Source of the DNA: Gammaproteobacteria bacterium
GTDB lineage: Bacteria; Pseudomonadota; Gammaproteobacteria; UBA4575
DNA length: 64,000 nt
Assembly (NCBI GenBank): GCA_965221955.1
Contig: CBDCTA010000018.1
Span: forward strand, 96,001 to 160,000
Reading direction: 5' to 3'
The translations under genes and the position numbers were made by a program. The notes under the pieces are model-generated. The model saw nothing but the letters and a program-made list of their open reading frames with translations, was not told where the DNA came from and did no database searches. Shown piece by piece: positions 31,954-41,550 of the stretch; the stretch's first letter is position 1; each line of letters starts with the position of its first letter.

Positions 31954-31969
31954 GTATTCTCCTCTACGG

Positions 31970-33181
31970 CTATGATAACCCAATTGCCTCTCTTACGTCT
32001 TCTAATGTATCGCGCGCTACATCACGTGCTTCTTCACAGCCTTCTTTAATGATACTTTGTACAGTGGATTCATCTTCAAGATACTCATTGGCACGTTCAC
32101 GAATGGGTTTGAGCTCTTGCTCAACAGCATCAATTACGGGTTGTTTACATTCAATACAACCAATCCCTGCAGTGGTACATCCTTCCTGCACCCAACTTCG
32201 AGTATCTTCTGAAGAATATATCTCATGAAATTGCCATACTGGACATTTTTTAGGATCACCCGGATCAGTTCTTTTCACACGTGCCGGATCCGTTGGCATG
32301 GTACGGATTTTTTTCTCGAGCGATTCTGACTCTTCACGCAATGAAATCGTATTGTTATAGGACTTGGACATTTTTTGCCCATCTAAACCCGGCATCTTAG
32401 AAGCTTTGGTTAACAGTGCTTGGGGTTCTGGCAAAATTATTTTTCCTTCACCCTCTAAATAACCAAACAAGCGCTCTTTATCTCCAATTGAGATGTTTTG
32501 CTGAGATTCCAATAAAGCTCGGGCCACTTCCAACGCTTCGGGGTCACCTTGTTCTTGAAAGCGCTTACGATGCTCGCGATATAACTTGGCATTTTTCTTA
32601 CCCATTTTACTGATCGCAAGCTTGGCCTTTTCTTCAAAGTCAGATTCTTTTCCATAGATAAAATTAAATCGACGCGCCACTTCACGTGTCAGTTCTACAT
32701 GCGCAACTTGATCTTCACCTACAGGAACATTTCCAGCTTTATAAGCCAATATATCTGCACTTTGTAATAGCGGATAACCCAAAAACCCATAAGTCGCTAA
32801 ATCTTTTTCTTTGAGTTTTTCCTGCTGATCTTTATATGTAGGTACGCGCTCCAACCACCCTAACGGTGTAATCATAGAAAGCAGTAAATGCAACTCTGCA
32901 TGTTCCGGAACATGGGATTGAATAAACAACGTTGCAGCACTCGGGCTCACCCCGGCAGACAACCAATCAATCACCATTTCGGTTACGCTTTGAGAAATAA
33001 TCTTCGTGTTGTCATATTCCGTTGTTAATGCATGCCAATCCGCAACAAAGAAAAAACATTCATGTGTGTGTTGCAACTCTAACCAGTTATGCAACACCCC
33101 ATGCAAGTGACCAAGATGTAATTTACCTGTAGGACGCATGCCTGATAGCACGCGATTATTCTGTGAAGGATTGGTATTCAT
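31970..33181 (-). CDS. trpS: Tryptophanyl-tRNA synthetase
   Basis: SGMRPTGKLHLGH (HIGH), YPLLQSADIL, VPVGEDQ and KMSKS motifs. Confidence 0.97.
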   Translation of the reverse strand: MNTNPSQNNRVLSGMRPTGKLHLGHLHGVLHNWLELQHTHECFFFVADWHALTTEYDNTKIISQSVTEMVIDWLSAGVSPSAATLFIQSHVPEHAELHLLLSMITPLGWLERVPTYKDQQEKLKEKDLATYGFLGYPLLQSADILAYKAGNVPVGEDQVAHVELTREVARRFNFIYGKESDFEEKAKLAISKMGKKNAKLYREHRKRFQEQGDPEALEVARALLESQQNISIGDKERLFGYLEGEGKIILPEPQALLTKASKMPGLDGQKMSKSYNNTISLREESESLEKKIRTMPTDPARVKRTDPGDPKKCPVWQFHEIYSSEDTRSWVQEGCTTAGIGCIECKQPVIDAVEQELKPIRERANEYLEDESTVQSIIKEGCEEARDVARDTLEDVREAIGLS

Positions 33182-33185
33182 TTGT

Positions 33186-33881
33186 TTATTTATTAGAACC
33201 TAGAATCATTTCAAGATGCGGCAAAAACTCAGCTGGCTGTATCCCTAATACAGACATTATCGTTAATAAGATCATTATTGAAGGTGTAAATACAAGCGCA
33301 TTGAGCAGCCCCGCGAAAAGCAAACCAAACATAATAAATAAACCATAGGGCTCAATCTTTGAAAGCATAATCGATACATTATCTGGTACGAGACCTGCGA
33401 GCACCCTACCTCCATCTAAAGGAGGAACCGGTAATAAATTTAAAACCATTAAAATTAAATTAATAAATATACCTGCCATACTCATGTAAACAAAAAATAT
33501 AGCGTATTGACTATTATTGTTTGCAGCATTTAAAAATGTTACTAAAACAATAGTCCAAAATATTGTCATAACTAAATTTGCTGCAGGCCCTGCTATAGCT
33601 ACCCACACCATATCTTTTTTAGGATTTTTCAGAAGATTAAAATTTACAGGCACAGGTTTAGCCCAACCAAACGCAAATCCTGTTGTAGCGATTAAAATTG
33701 CGGGCACAACAATAGTGCCAATCGGGTCAATATGCTTAATTGGATTTAAACTCAATCTACCAAGAGACTGCGCTGTCAAATCTCCAAACTGTTTTGCCAC
33801 CCAACCATGAGCAACTTCATGTAAGGTGATTGCAAAAAGTACAGGAATTGCCCAAATTGTAATTGCTTGAACGGTGCTCAT
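33186..33881 (-). CDS. Site-2 protease family (M50) membrane metalloprotease
   Basis: HEVAHG, GWAKPVPV, AGPAAN and NLLPVPPLDG motifs. Confidence 0.93.
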   Translation of the reverse strand: MSTVQAITIWAIPVLFAITLHEVAHGWVAKQFGDLTAQSLGRLSLNPIKHIDPIGTIVVPAILIATTGFAFGWAKPVPVNFNLLKNPKKDMVWVAIAGPAANLVMTIFWTIVLVTFLNAANNNSQYAIFFVYMSMAGIFINLILMVLNLLPVPPLDGGRVLAGLVPDNVSIMLSKIEPYGLFIMFGLLFAGLLNALVFTPSIMILLTIMSVLGIQPAEFLPHLEMILGSNK

Positions 33882-33936
33882 TAATTGCGTCTATTATACG
33901 CAGCGTGTTATCGAAGTAATATGCTCGAAAGAGAAA

Positions 33937-34560
33937 TTATTCCTTTAACCAGCTAGCATCTCCTTTACCTTGACGCAAAATGGTTGGGCTTTTTTCAACA
34001 AAATCTATGACAGTAGTGGCCTCTATACCGCAATAACCTCCATCGATGACAAGATCAACTTGATTACCAAGCAACTCTCGCATTTCTTGCGGGTCAGACA
34101 AAGGCTCATTACGATTCGGCAAAATAAGTGTACTACTCATTAAAGGCTGACCTAATTCTTCGCATAAAGCCAATGGGATAGGATGATCTGGCACTCTTAA
34201 ACCAATTGTTTTTCGCTTCGGTGTTTGTAAACGTCTAGGTACTTCATGTGTAGCTTTTAACAAGAATGTATAAGGACCAGGCGTGCAGGTTTTCATTAAC
34301 CGATATGCACTATTATCCACGAGCGCATAATTCGATAGTTCTGATAAATCACGACACACTAGAGTAAAATGATGCTTATCGTCTACATTTCGAATTTTAC
34401 GAATCCGTTGCATGGCTTGCTTATCACCAATATGACAACCTAAGGCATAGCAGGAATCAGTGGGATAGACGATCAAACCACCCTGGTCAATGATATCGAC
34501 GGCACCACGGATCAAACGCTTCTGTGGAGTGACCGGATGAATAACAAAATACTGGCTCAT
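33937..34560 (-). CDS. yciO: YciO / Sua5-YrdC family protein
   Basis: YPTDSCYALGC, HHFTLVCRDLS, TPGPYTF, TIGLRVP and LMSSTL motifs. Confidence 0.92.
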   Translation of the reverse strand: MSQYFVIHPVTPQKRLIRGAVDIIDQGGLIVYPTDSCYALGCHIGDKQAMQRIRKIRNVDDKHHFTLVCRDLSELSNYALVDNSAYRLMKTCTPGPYTFLLKATHEVPRRLQTPKRKTIGLRVPDHPIPLALCEELGQPLMSSTLILPNRNEPLSDPQEMRELLGNQVDLVIDGGYCGIEATTVIDFVEKSPTILRQGKGDASWLKE

Positions 34561-34676
34561 GTGAGTCTACTTGCTATTATAATGCGCGGAGCAGGTGAGG
34601 CACCCATCCTTACGCTGCTCCTTAATAATTATTGATATACTCAACATAACTCTACATTCACACTAATCTCGTTACC

Positions 34677-34976
34677 ATGTTATATGCTTTCATTAGTCAA
34701 GACGTAGCAAACAGTCTTGAAAAACGCCTTTCCGTTCGCGAACAACATATTGCACGCTTAAATGACTTAAAAAACCAGGGCCGTTTGATCATTGCAGGCC
34801 CGCACCCCGCCATTGATAGCCCTGATCCTGGTGATGCCGGCTTTACTGGCAGTTTAATCATTGCTGAATTTGATTCACTTGAAGACGCACAAGCATGGGC
34901 AGATGAGGACCCTTATATCGCAGCAGGTGTGTACGAAAATGTTATTGTGAAACCTTTTAAGCTCGTCCTACCCTAA
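34677..34976 (+). CDS. yciI: YciI family protein
   Basis: [29 protein letters not shown] and DPY motifs. Confidence 0.95.
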   Translation: MLYAFISQDVANSLEKRLSVREQHIARLNDLKNQGRLIIAGPHPAIDSPDPGDAGFTGSLIIAEFDSLEDAQAWADEDPYIAAGVYENVIVKPFKLVLP

Positions 34977-35024
34977 TACTCATCATTTTACTTTTTACCT
35001 TTTCAACTTTTTAAGGAAATATTC

Positions 35025-35885
35025 ATGTTTAAACAATCTTTAGCAGCCTTGCTGCTGGTTTTATTTAGCTTTGGTTTTGTCTATGGCTGCAAAGGAGAAC
35101 AGAAACCAGAAGCTTCTAATACCATAGCAACAGATGATAGTGGTGAATACGCAAAAGTAAATGATGTAGTCATTACCAATAACGACTTCCAAGCGTATGC
35201 TAAAGCAAAACGTGCATCTCAGCCTGAAGCCAATTTCACTGACAAAGCTATCACCGATGAATTAATCGCAACAGAAATTTTACGCCAAGAAGCGATTAAT
35301 GCAGACATAGACAAGCGCCCTGAAATCATCGAACAGATTAAGCGCCAAGAAAGCAATATTTTAATCAATGCCTTAATGACTGAAAAATTTGCTGACCTTA
35401 ACTTTACCGACGAAGATCTTAAAGCAGAATATGATCGCTTGTTAAGCTTATCAGATTTTAATGAATACAAAGCCAGACATATTCTTTTACAAACGGAAGA
35501 TGAAGCAAATGCTGTCATTGAAGAATTAAAAGCCGGCGCTAATTTTGAAGAACTCGCCAAAACTAAATCACAAGGCCCTTCCGCATCCAACGGCGGTGAT
35601 CTTGGGTGGTTCAAAGCAGAAACGATGGTTCCCACATTTGCAGAGGCTGTACGTGGTATGGAAAAAAGTGCTTACTCTGAGGCAGTGAACACACGCTTTG
35701 GCTGGCATGTAATTTTATTGGAAGACAAACGCACTACTGAACAACCTAAATTTGAAGATGTAAAACAAAATATGCAACAAAACTTAACCCGCCAAACAAT
35801 TGAAAAATATGTAGATGAGTTAGAAGCAAAGGCAACTATCACCCGTTCAGACGAACCAACAGAAACTGCAGCCGCAGATGGTTAA
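35025..35885 (+). CDS. Parvulin-type peptidyl-prolyl isomerase, probable lipoprotein (PrsA-like)
   Basis: Lipobox VYGC; ARHILL, F.ELAK..S.GPS..NGGDLGWF and TRFGWHVI motifs. Confidence 0.9.
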   Translation: MFKQSLAALLLVLFSFGFVYGCKGEQKPEASNTIATDDSGEYAKVNDVVITNNDFQAYAKAKRASQPEANFTDKAITDELIATEILRQEAINADIDKRPEIIEQIKRQESNILINALMTEKFADLNFTDEDLKAEYDRLLSLSDFNEYKARHILLQTEDEANAVIEELKAGANFEELAKTKSQGPSASNGGDLGWFKAETMVPTFAEAVRGMEKSAYSEAVNTRFGWHVILLEDKRTTEQPKFEDVKQNMQQNLTRQTIEKYVDELEAKATITRSDEPTETAAADG

Positions 35886-35904
35886 TTTGTAATTTATAAA
35901 TTAT

Positions 35905-35932
35905 AAAAAAGGCAGCTGAGGCTGCTTTTTTT
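35905..35932 (+). terminator. Rho-independent terminator, possibly bidirectional
   Basis: AAAAAAGGCAGC-TGAG-GCTGCTTTTTTT, about 20 bp after the PPIase stop codon. Confidence 0.85.
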
Positions 35933-36128
35933 ATGCCCGCTCTCGGCTAATGGCAGTCATTCTCATGTAGTAAAATAAACAATTAATTCTAAGTCGAATA
36001 AACTTAACTCTCCGCTTAACGGCTTATATGGCCGATAAACTCTACTCAATCACACTTAACCAATAGTGAATAGAAATTGTAATATATCGTCAATACTAGT
36101 TTACATGTTAATTACAGTGAAACAATCT

Positions 36129-36807
36129 ATGAAACTAAATTTCAAATCATTTTTTATATTAATATTCCTACTATTAGCTTCAACTAACCTGTATGCAAAA
36201 GACAAATATAAGGAAACAATAACGGTATTCAAAAATGCAGGCGAGAGTGGTGAATTTTTCAATAAAAGTTATGGCTATGCAGTATTCCCAACTATTGGTA
36301 AAGGAGGTATCGGTATTGGTGGGGCATATGGGAAAGGACAAGTTTATGAAAATAATAATCATGTAGGAAATTCACAAATGGCTCAACTGACAATAGGTTT
36401 ACAGCTTGGAGGGCAAGCCTACAGCCAAATTATATTTCTTGAAGACAAACGCGCATTTGATGAATTTACAAACGGTAATTTTGAGTTTAGTGCCGAAGCA
36501 AGTGCAGTGGCAATCACAGCAGGCGCCTCAGCATCTGCTACAACTACTGGATTGCTTGATTGCTGATTGCAGAATGGATGCAACTTTACTTGGAGAAACG
36601 CATTTTAAGCGGTCATAAAATACTTGCTCATACAATCCAGGTATTTGATAGATTTCATCATAGTCATGAAATCGTATCTTGCGTTGGCCAGAGCCGTTTT
36701 GGTAGTAAAAGTAGGCTTCGTCTTGATTGAGTTGGTGTGCTTCAGGTTGAGGATTGATGTACGAGGCAAGTATTGGAGGCCAAAAATTTAACTACGTTCC
36801 TAAATAA
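36129..36807 (+). pseudogene. YSC84/SYLF-domain secreted protein interrupted by a 202-bp insert
   Basis: Signal peptide and YGYAVFPTIGKGG..GGAYGKG...GLQLGGQAYSQIIF motifs. Premature stop at 36564-36566. The family C-terminus GLMYEASIGGQKFNYVPK* resumes at 36751-36807. Confidence 0.85.
36549..36752 (-). other. Start-less 68-codon gene fragment inserted in inverted orientation, probably from a SAM-dependent methyltransferase
   Basis: Stop-free frame PQPEAHQLNQDEAYFYYQNGSGQRKIRFHDYDEIYQIPGLYEQVFYDRLKCVSPSKVASILQSAIKQS exactly spans the interruption. The family assignment is from recall only. Confidence 0.65.
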
Positions 36808-36819
36808 AATATACCCTCT

Positions 36820-36849
36820 TATGTCCGCTTTGGGTCGTAAGCAATCATT
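36820..36849 (+). repeat. 30-bp imperfect palindromic repeat, copy 2
   Basis: TATGTCCGCTTTGGGTCGTAAGCAATCATT; see copy 1 at 30113. Confidence 0.7.
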
Positions 36850-36920
36850 TTGCTTTTTTAAGAATTCTTAACCTGTTCATCTTTACAGCCAACTTAACTT
36901 TAATCTGACATTGCATCTCG

Positions 36921-36971
36921 CCAGAAATTGCATCCTGTATTTCTAGCACTTCCTACGTCCATGTAGGTCGT
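36921..36971 (-). other. Double hairpin with GGA loops downstream of folE
   Basis: Minus strand reads ACGA-CCTAC-ATGGAC-GTAGG-AAGTG-CTAGAAAT-ACAGGATGC-AATTTCTGG. Confidence 0.55.
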
Positions 36972-36997
36972 CCTACTCTATACCTTAATTCATTTAA

Positions 36998-37624
36998 TTA
37001 ATCTCTAATGTGTTCCATAAATTCTGAGCGTGAACGCGAATCATCACGGAACGCACCAAGCATAGAACTAGTAACCGTTTTACTATTTTGTTTTTGTACG
37101 CCACGCATCACCATACAAAAGTGGCTTGCTTCAAGCACTACCGCAACACCATGTGCGTTTAAAACATCCAAAAGACCTTTTGCAATTTGTGTAGTGAGGC
37201 GTTCTTGAACTTGCAAACGTCGCGCAAATACATCTACTACGCGTGCAATTTTACTTAAACCAATCACTTTGTTTTTTGGCAAATAGCCTACATGTGCGCG
37301 ACCAAAAAATGGCAGCATGTGATGTTCGCATAATGAATAGAACTCAACATCTTTAACAATCACCATTTCTTCACATTGCTCTTCAAACAAGGCTTCACGC
37401 ACTACATCTTCGACACCCAGTTGATAACCACCGGTTAAAAAATGCATCGCTTTAGAAACACGTTTTGGGGTATCTAATAAGCCTTCACGATCCGGATCTT
37501 CTCCTATCAATTCCAACATTTTTCGAACGTGGCCTTCCAGCTCGGCATCTCGATCTTTATCGTGAATGACCGTATCCTCTAAATATCGACCACCTGCGAG
37601 TACCTCAAGTGCTTTTCTATCCAT
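36998..37624 (-). CDS. folE: GTP cyclohydrolase I (type IA)
   Basis: [42 protein letters not shown] and HFCMVMRG motifs. Confidence 0.96.
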   Translation of the reverse strand: MDRKALEVLAGGRYLEDTVIHDKDRDAELEGHVRKMLELIGEDPDREGLLDTPKRVSKAMHFLTGGYQLGVEDVVREALFEEQCEEMVIVKDVEFYSLCEHHMLPFFGRAHVGYLPKNKVIGLSKIARVVDVFARRLQVQERLTTQIAKGLLDVLNAHGVAVVLEASHFCMVMRGVQKQNSKTVTSSMLGAFRDDSRSRSEFMEHIRD

Positions 37625-37875
37625 TGTTTATTCCTTACAACCGAAGATTTGATTGAATAATTTATACCAACTCATAATACCAGTTTATTAGCTACTAGTT
37701 AAAACAGAGTCTGATTGAAAACAAGCGAAAATTTAATAGTTTTACGCGCAATCTTTATTGACCTTAATTTAAGCTAGGCTGAAAATACTGCTTTGGCGCA
37801 ATTAGCCCAAAGACCCTCATAACTATAATGATAACAATCCATTCCTGCGTAAGATAATTAATGAGAGGAAACACG

Positions 37876-38013
37876 ATGGATAATGCAATACCTACTGACT
37901 CTGTTCTACGACGTCACTACGAAGCCACACATCCAAGCTCAACTCAAGGTAAATCGTCATCACAACAAAGTGGTGGATTTATGTATTGGCTTAAAAAAAT
38001 ATTTGGCGGTTAA
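37876..38013 (+). CDS. 45-aa small protein (not in the ORF track) with a C-terminal amphipathic helix
   Basis: GAGAGGA RBS 6 nt before ATG; MDNAIPTDSVLRRHYEATHPSSTQGKSSSQQSGGFMYWLKKIFGG followed by TAATAA. Confidence 0.75.
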   Translation: MDNAIPTDSVLRRHYEATHPSSTQGKSSSQQSGGFMYWLKKIFGG

Positions 38014-38019
38014 TAAAGC

Positions 38020-38823
38020 CTAATCATTGTAGCCTTGCGCATATTGCAGCAAGGCATAAGTAAAACGACCATCGCCGGTGATATAAGTATCCGGTGTTGC
38101 GTGTCTTAATGTTGCTTGAATTCTCACTCCCTTTTTCATAGGTGTAATGGAATGCAATTCAGAAAATTTAGTTTCTGTTATCGCGTTATCGTTTAGGTAG
38201 TAAAGGCCATAATTAGTCACGATTAACTGCCCAGATGTTTCGACTTTGACGTCTAACGCTTTGTAGCGCGATTTCATAAACAAATTATCGAGTAAAGAAT
38301 TTAATATTGTCCACTCCTTTTGCTGAGAATATTGTTGTTGTTCTGATTTATCTGTTTCTTCAAATTGCCAAATAATACATTCACCGTCGTCCAGCTCGAT
38401 GAGATCAGATTCAAATTTTGTCTGTATTTCAATTTGCTGATTTTTTTGCAACGCATCTAAATATTCAAGGTTTTCTAAACGCGACCATAAATAGGATTCT
38501 GTTTCAGCTTTAGTAATATTAAGTTCGTTCGCAAGATGAATGAGTTTTTTTGCAGAGGCAACATCCGGTGACGCTTTTTTCACAACAAGCTTGGCATATT
38601 CACACCATGCTTTTATACATATTTGTTTAAAATGGAATTCAGAAAATGCTTCTGATGATTTGCACGAAAGTATTTCTTCAGTTGAAACGTGAGCTTCACT
38701 TGATAGATATTCGGAGATTTTAGTTTTTAGACGCTGTTGCGTGTCTCGATAGACAGGCAAACAAACTTTATGTAAGGAATAAAAAGGCCCAGCAGATTTG
38801 TTACAGACTATGCACTTACCCAC
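38020..38823 (-). CDS. Hypothetical protein with N-terminal CxxC-x10-HxxC motif
   Basis: 267-aa ORF 15 bp downstream of mlaA, starting GKCIVCNKSAGPFYSLHKVC. Confidence 0.7.
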   Translation of the reverse strand: MGKCIVCNKSAGPFYSLHKVCLPVYRDTQQRLKTKISEYLSSEAHVSTEEILSCKSSEAFSEFHFKQICIKAWCEYAKLVVKKASPDVASAKKLIHLANELNITKAETESYLWSRLENLEYLDALQKNQQIEIQTKFESDLIELDDGECIIWQFEETDKSEQQQYSQQKEWTILNSLLDNLFMKSRYKALDVKVETSGQLIVTNYGLYYLNDNAITETKFSELHSITPMKKGVRIQATLRHATPDTYITGDGRFTYALLQYAQGYND

Positions 38824-38838
38824 AATGCATCATTAATT

Positions 38839-39567
38839 TTATTCGTCTTCAAGCTCGTCATAGAGTTCATCATCAGTCGCAATCTCACCATCATTAACCA
38901 AAAATTCACGACGATCTAAGTATGCATCACGTATAAATACATAACGATCACGACTTAATTCTTCAGCTTTTTCTTCCAACTTCATCAATTCAGCTCGAGT
39001 ACTCACAAGATTCATGGCAAATAAGCCATTGCGCTCAGAAGTTTTGATATCAGCCCAACTAGGTGGATAAATAACGGTATCCACTACTTTGCCTGGGCCA
39101 TCACGAAGATTACTTGGACCAAAGAGTGGCAACACTATGTAAGGTCCTGTTCCCATACCCCAATAACCCAAGGTCTGGCCAAAATCTTCTTCATGTTTTT
39201 CTAAACCCATTCGGCTCGCAACATCCATAAACCCTAATAAACCGATTGTGGAGTTCACAATGATACGACCGATATCCGATGCAGCATCCAAAAACTTAAA
39301 TTGCAGCGTGTTATTAAATGCAACACCAACATCGCCTAAATTAGAAAAGAAATTACTCACACCTTGTTCAGCAATATCTGGCGTAACTGCGCGATAACTT
39401 GATGCAGCAGGAACTAGAAACGCACGATCTAAAGCATCATTAAAACTATATACTTTGCGATTGAAGCCTTGCCAAGGATCTCTTTCGTCAGCAGTGTATT
39501 CGGGTGAAGTGGCACACGCACTTCCAAGCAAAGCAATAATTAGTATATAAGCAAGATTTTTAGCCAT
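38839..39567 (-). CDS. mlaA: MlaA/VacJ lipoprotein
   Basis: Lipobox GSAC; DPWQGFNR, NSTIGLLG..DVA, EDFGQTLGYWG and GPY.VLPLFGPS.LRD motifs. Confidence 0.95.
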   Translation of the reverse strand: MAKNLAYILIIALLGSACATSPEYTADERDPWQGFNRKVYSFNDALDRAFLVPAASSYRAVTPDIAEQGVSNFFSNLGDVGVAFNNTLQFKFLDAASDIGRIIVNSTIGLLGFMDVASRMGLEKHEEDFGQTLGYWGMGTGPYIVLPLFGPSNLRDGPGKVVDTVIYPPSWADIKTSERNGLFAMNLVSTRAELMKLEEKAEELSRDRYVFIRDAYLDRREFLVNDGEIATDDELYDELEDE

Positions 39568-39609
39568 GATGATTTCGTAAGATATTAGTAGTTGTTGTTT
39601 TAAATTGAT

Positions 39610-40830
39610 TTAGCCGCGATGTCTAGAAGATTTTGCCGCGATGCGCATTCGCAATGCATTGAGCTTGATAAAACCCTCCGCATCTTGTTGATTATAAGCA
39701 CCCTCATCATCTTCAAAGGTGGCAATATTAGCATCAAATAAGCTATGTTCAGTTGATTTGCGTCCCACGACCATAACATTCCCTTTATACAATTTGATTC
39801 TCACCGTACCTGTCACATTAATCTGCGTAGCGTCAATGCATTGTTGCATCATTAAACGCTCAGGGCTCCACCAGTAGCCATTGTAAATCAAATTAGCATA
39901 ACGCGGCATGAGTTCATCTTTTAAGTGCGCAACTTCCCTATCCATAGTCAGTGATTCCATGGCACGATGCGCTTTCAATAAGATTGTGCCACCTGGTGTT
40001 TCATAACATCCGCGTGATTTCATGCCTACATAACGATTTTCGACAATATCTTGTCGTCCCACACCATGTTCGCATGCAATATTATTCAGATAGGTTAATA
40101 ATTGCGCAGGTGTTTGCGATTCACCATTAATGCTGACTGCATCACCACATTCAAAACCTATTTCAAGATACGCAGGATCATTTGGCGCTTCTTCTGGTGA
40201 ACAGCTTAACTTCCACATCTCTTCTTCAGGTTCATTCCATGGATCTTCTAGTGGCCCGCCTTCATAAGAAATATGTAGCAAATTGGCATCCATTGAATAC
40301 GGGGATTTCTTACCTCGTTTTTGTTCCACTGCAATACCGTGTTTCTCAGCATAGCTTAATAGCTTTTCTCGAGAGTTAAGGTCCCATTCTCTCCATGGAG
40401 CTATAATTTTAATATCAGGATTTAACGCATAAGCACCCAGTTCAAAACGCACTTGATCATTCCCCTTACCCGTTGCACCATGCGACACGGCATCAGCACC
40501 AGTCTCTGCTGCAATCTCTACTAAACGTTTAGCTATGAGTGGGCGCGCAATTGAGGTACCTAATAAGTATTCACCTTCATACACTGTGTTGGCACGAAAC
40601 ATTGGAAATACATACTCTCTCACAAATTCTTCGGTAAGATCTTCGATGTAAATTTCTTTAATTCCCAACGCTTGGGCTTTAGCACGTGCGGGCTCCACTT
40701 CCTCTCCTTGCCCAATATTTGCTGTGAAAGTCACAACTTCACAGTTATAAACTTCTTGCAGCCATTTGAGAATCACAGAAGTATCTAAACCACCCGAATA
40801 GGCGAGTACAACTTTTCGAACTGATGACAT
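39610..40830 (-). CDS. argG: Argininosuccinate synthase
   Basis: [24 protein letters not shown] and [10 protein letters not shown] motifs. Confidence 0.98.
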   Translation of the reverse strand: MSSVRKVVLAYSGGLDTSVILKWLQEVYNCEVVTFTANIGQGEEVEPARAKAQALGIKEIYIEDLTEEFVREYVFPMFRANTVYEGEYLLGTSIARPLIAKRLVEIAAETGADAVSHGATGKGNDQVRFELGAYALNPDIKIIAPWREWDLNSREKLLSYAEKHGIAVEQKRGKKSPYSMDANLLHISYEGGPLEDPWNEPEEEMWKLSCSPEEAPNDPAYLEIGFECGDAVSINGESQTPAQLLTYLNNIACEHGVGRQDIVENRYVGMKSRGCYETPGGTILLKAHRAMESLTMDREVAHLKDELMPRYANLIYNGYWWSPERLMMQQCIDATQINVTGTVRIKLYKGNVMVVGRKSTEHSLFDANIATFEDDEGAYNQQDAEGFIKLNALRMRIAAKSSRHRG

Positions 40831-40913
40831 AGTATGTATTGAACTGAATATTAGTTATTTAATCGAGAATTATAACTTGAATGCACACATTAGCTAGCAA
40901 AAGAAAATTCTAA

Positions 40914-41543
40914 GTGAGCGAAGAAGCACAAGAATTCATCCCTTTCGCTAATCATTTACGCGGCTTTTGCCCAGTGGTGATCGATGTCGAGACAGGAGGC
41001 TTCAATTCTGAAACTGATGCGCTTTTAGAAATTGCTGCTGTATTAATCAGCATAAACCAAGATGGCGAGCTATACAGAAAAGAAACCATCTCTACCCACG
41101 TTAAACCATTTGAAGGCGCGAACCTTGAACAAGCCTCTTTAGAAGTAAATGGGATTGATCCATTTCATCCGCTACGCATTGCCTTAGATGAAAAACAAGC
41201 TCTACCTGAAATTTTTAAGCCTGTTCGTAAACATGTAAAAGAGAATAAATGCACACGCGCAATTCTCGTTGGCCACAATGCATTTTTTGATCTCGGATTT
41301 CTTAATGCCGCCGCCGCACGCAATAATATTAAAAACAGTCCTTTTCATCCATTTAGCTGTTTAGATACCGTCACACTTGGCGCCTTAGCCTATGGCCAAA
41401 CAGTGCTATCCAGAATTGCACAAGCTGCAGAAATTGAGTGGGACAATAACAACGCTCACTCTGCTATTTATGATGCAGAGAAAACCGCAGATGTATTTTG
41501 TAAGGTAATGAACTTATGGAAAAAACTAAAAGCTTCTGAGTAA
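40914..41543 (+). CDS. rnt: Ribonuclease T
   Basis: PVVIDVETGGF, LVGHNA.FD, PFHPFS..DT and AHSAIYDAEKTA (DEDDh) motifs. Confidence 0.96.
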   Translation: MSEEAQEFIPFANHLRGFCPVVIDVETGGFNSETDALLEIAAVLISINQDGELYRKETISTHVKPFEGANLEQASLEVNGIDPFHPLRIALDEKQALPEIFKPVRKHVKENKCTRAILVGHNAFFDLGFLNAAAARNNIKNSPFHPFSCLDTVTLGALAYGQTVLSRIAQAAEIEWDNNNAHSAIYDAEKTADVFCKVMNLWKKLKASE

Positions 41544-41550
41544 CCCATTA

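Noticed and set aside
36406-36618. 70-aa ORF overlapping the YSC84 gene
   Set aside because: An out-of-frame artefact crossing the insertion junction.
36549-36756. The 202-bp insert as an IS or MITE with a 6-bp target-site duplication
   Set aside because: It has no terminal inverted repeats or transposase similarity and reads as an internal piece of a protein-coding gene. It is kept as a finding under another interpretation.
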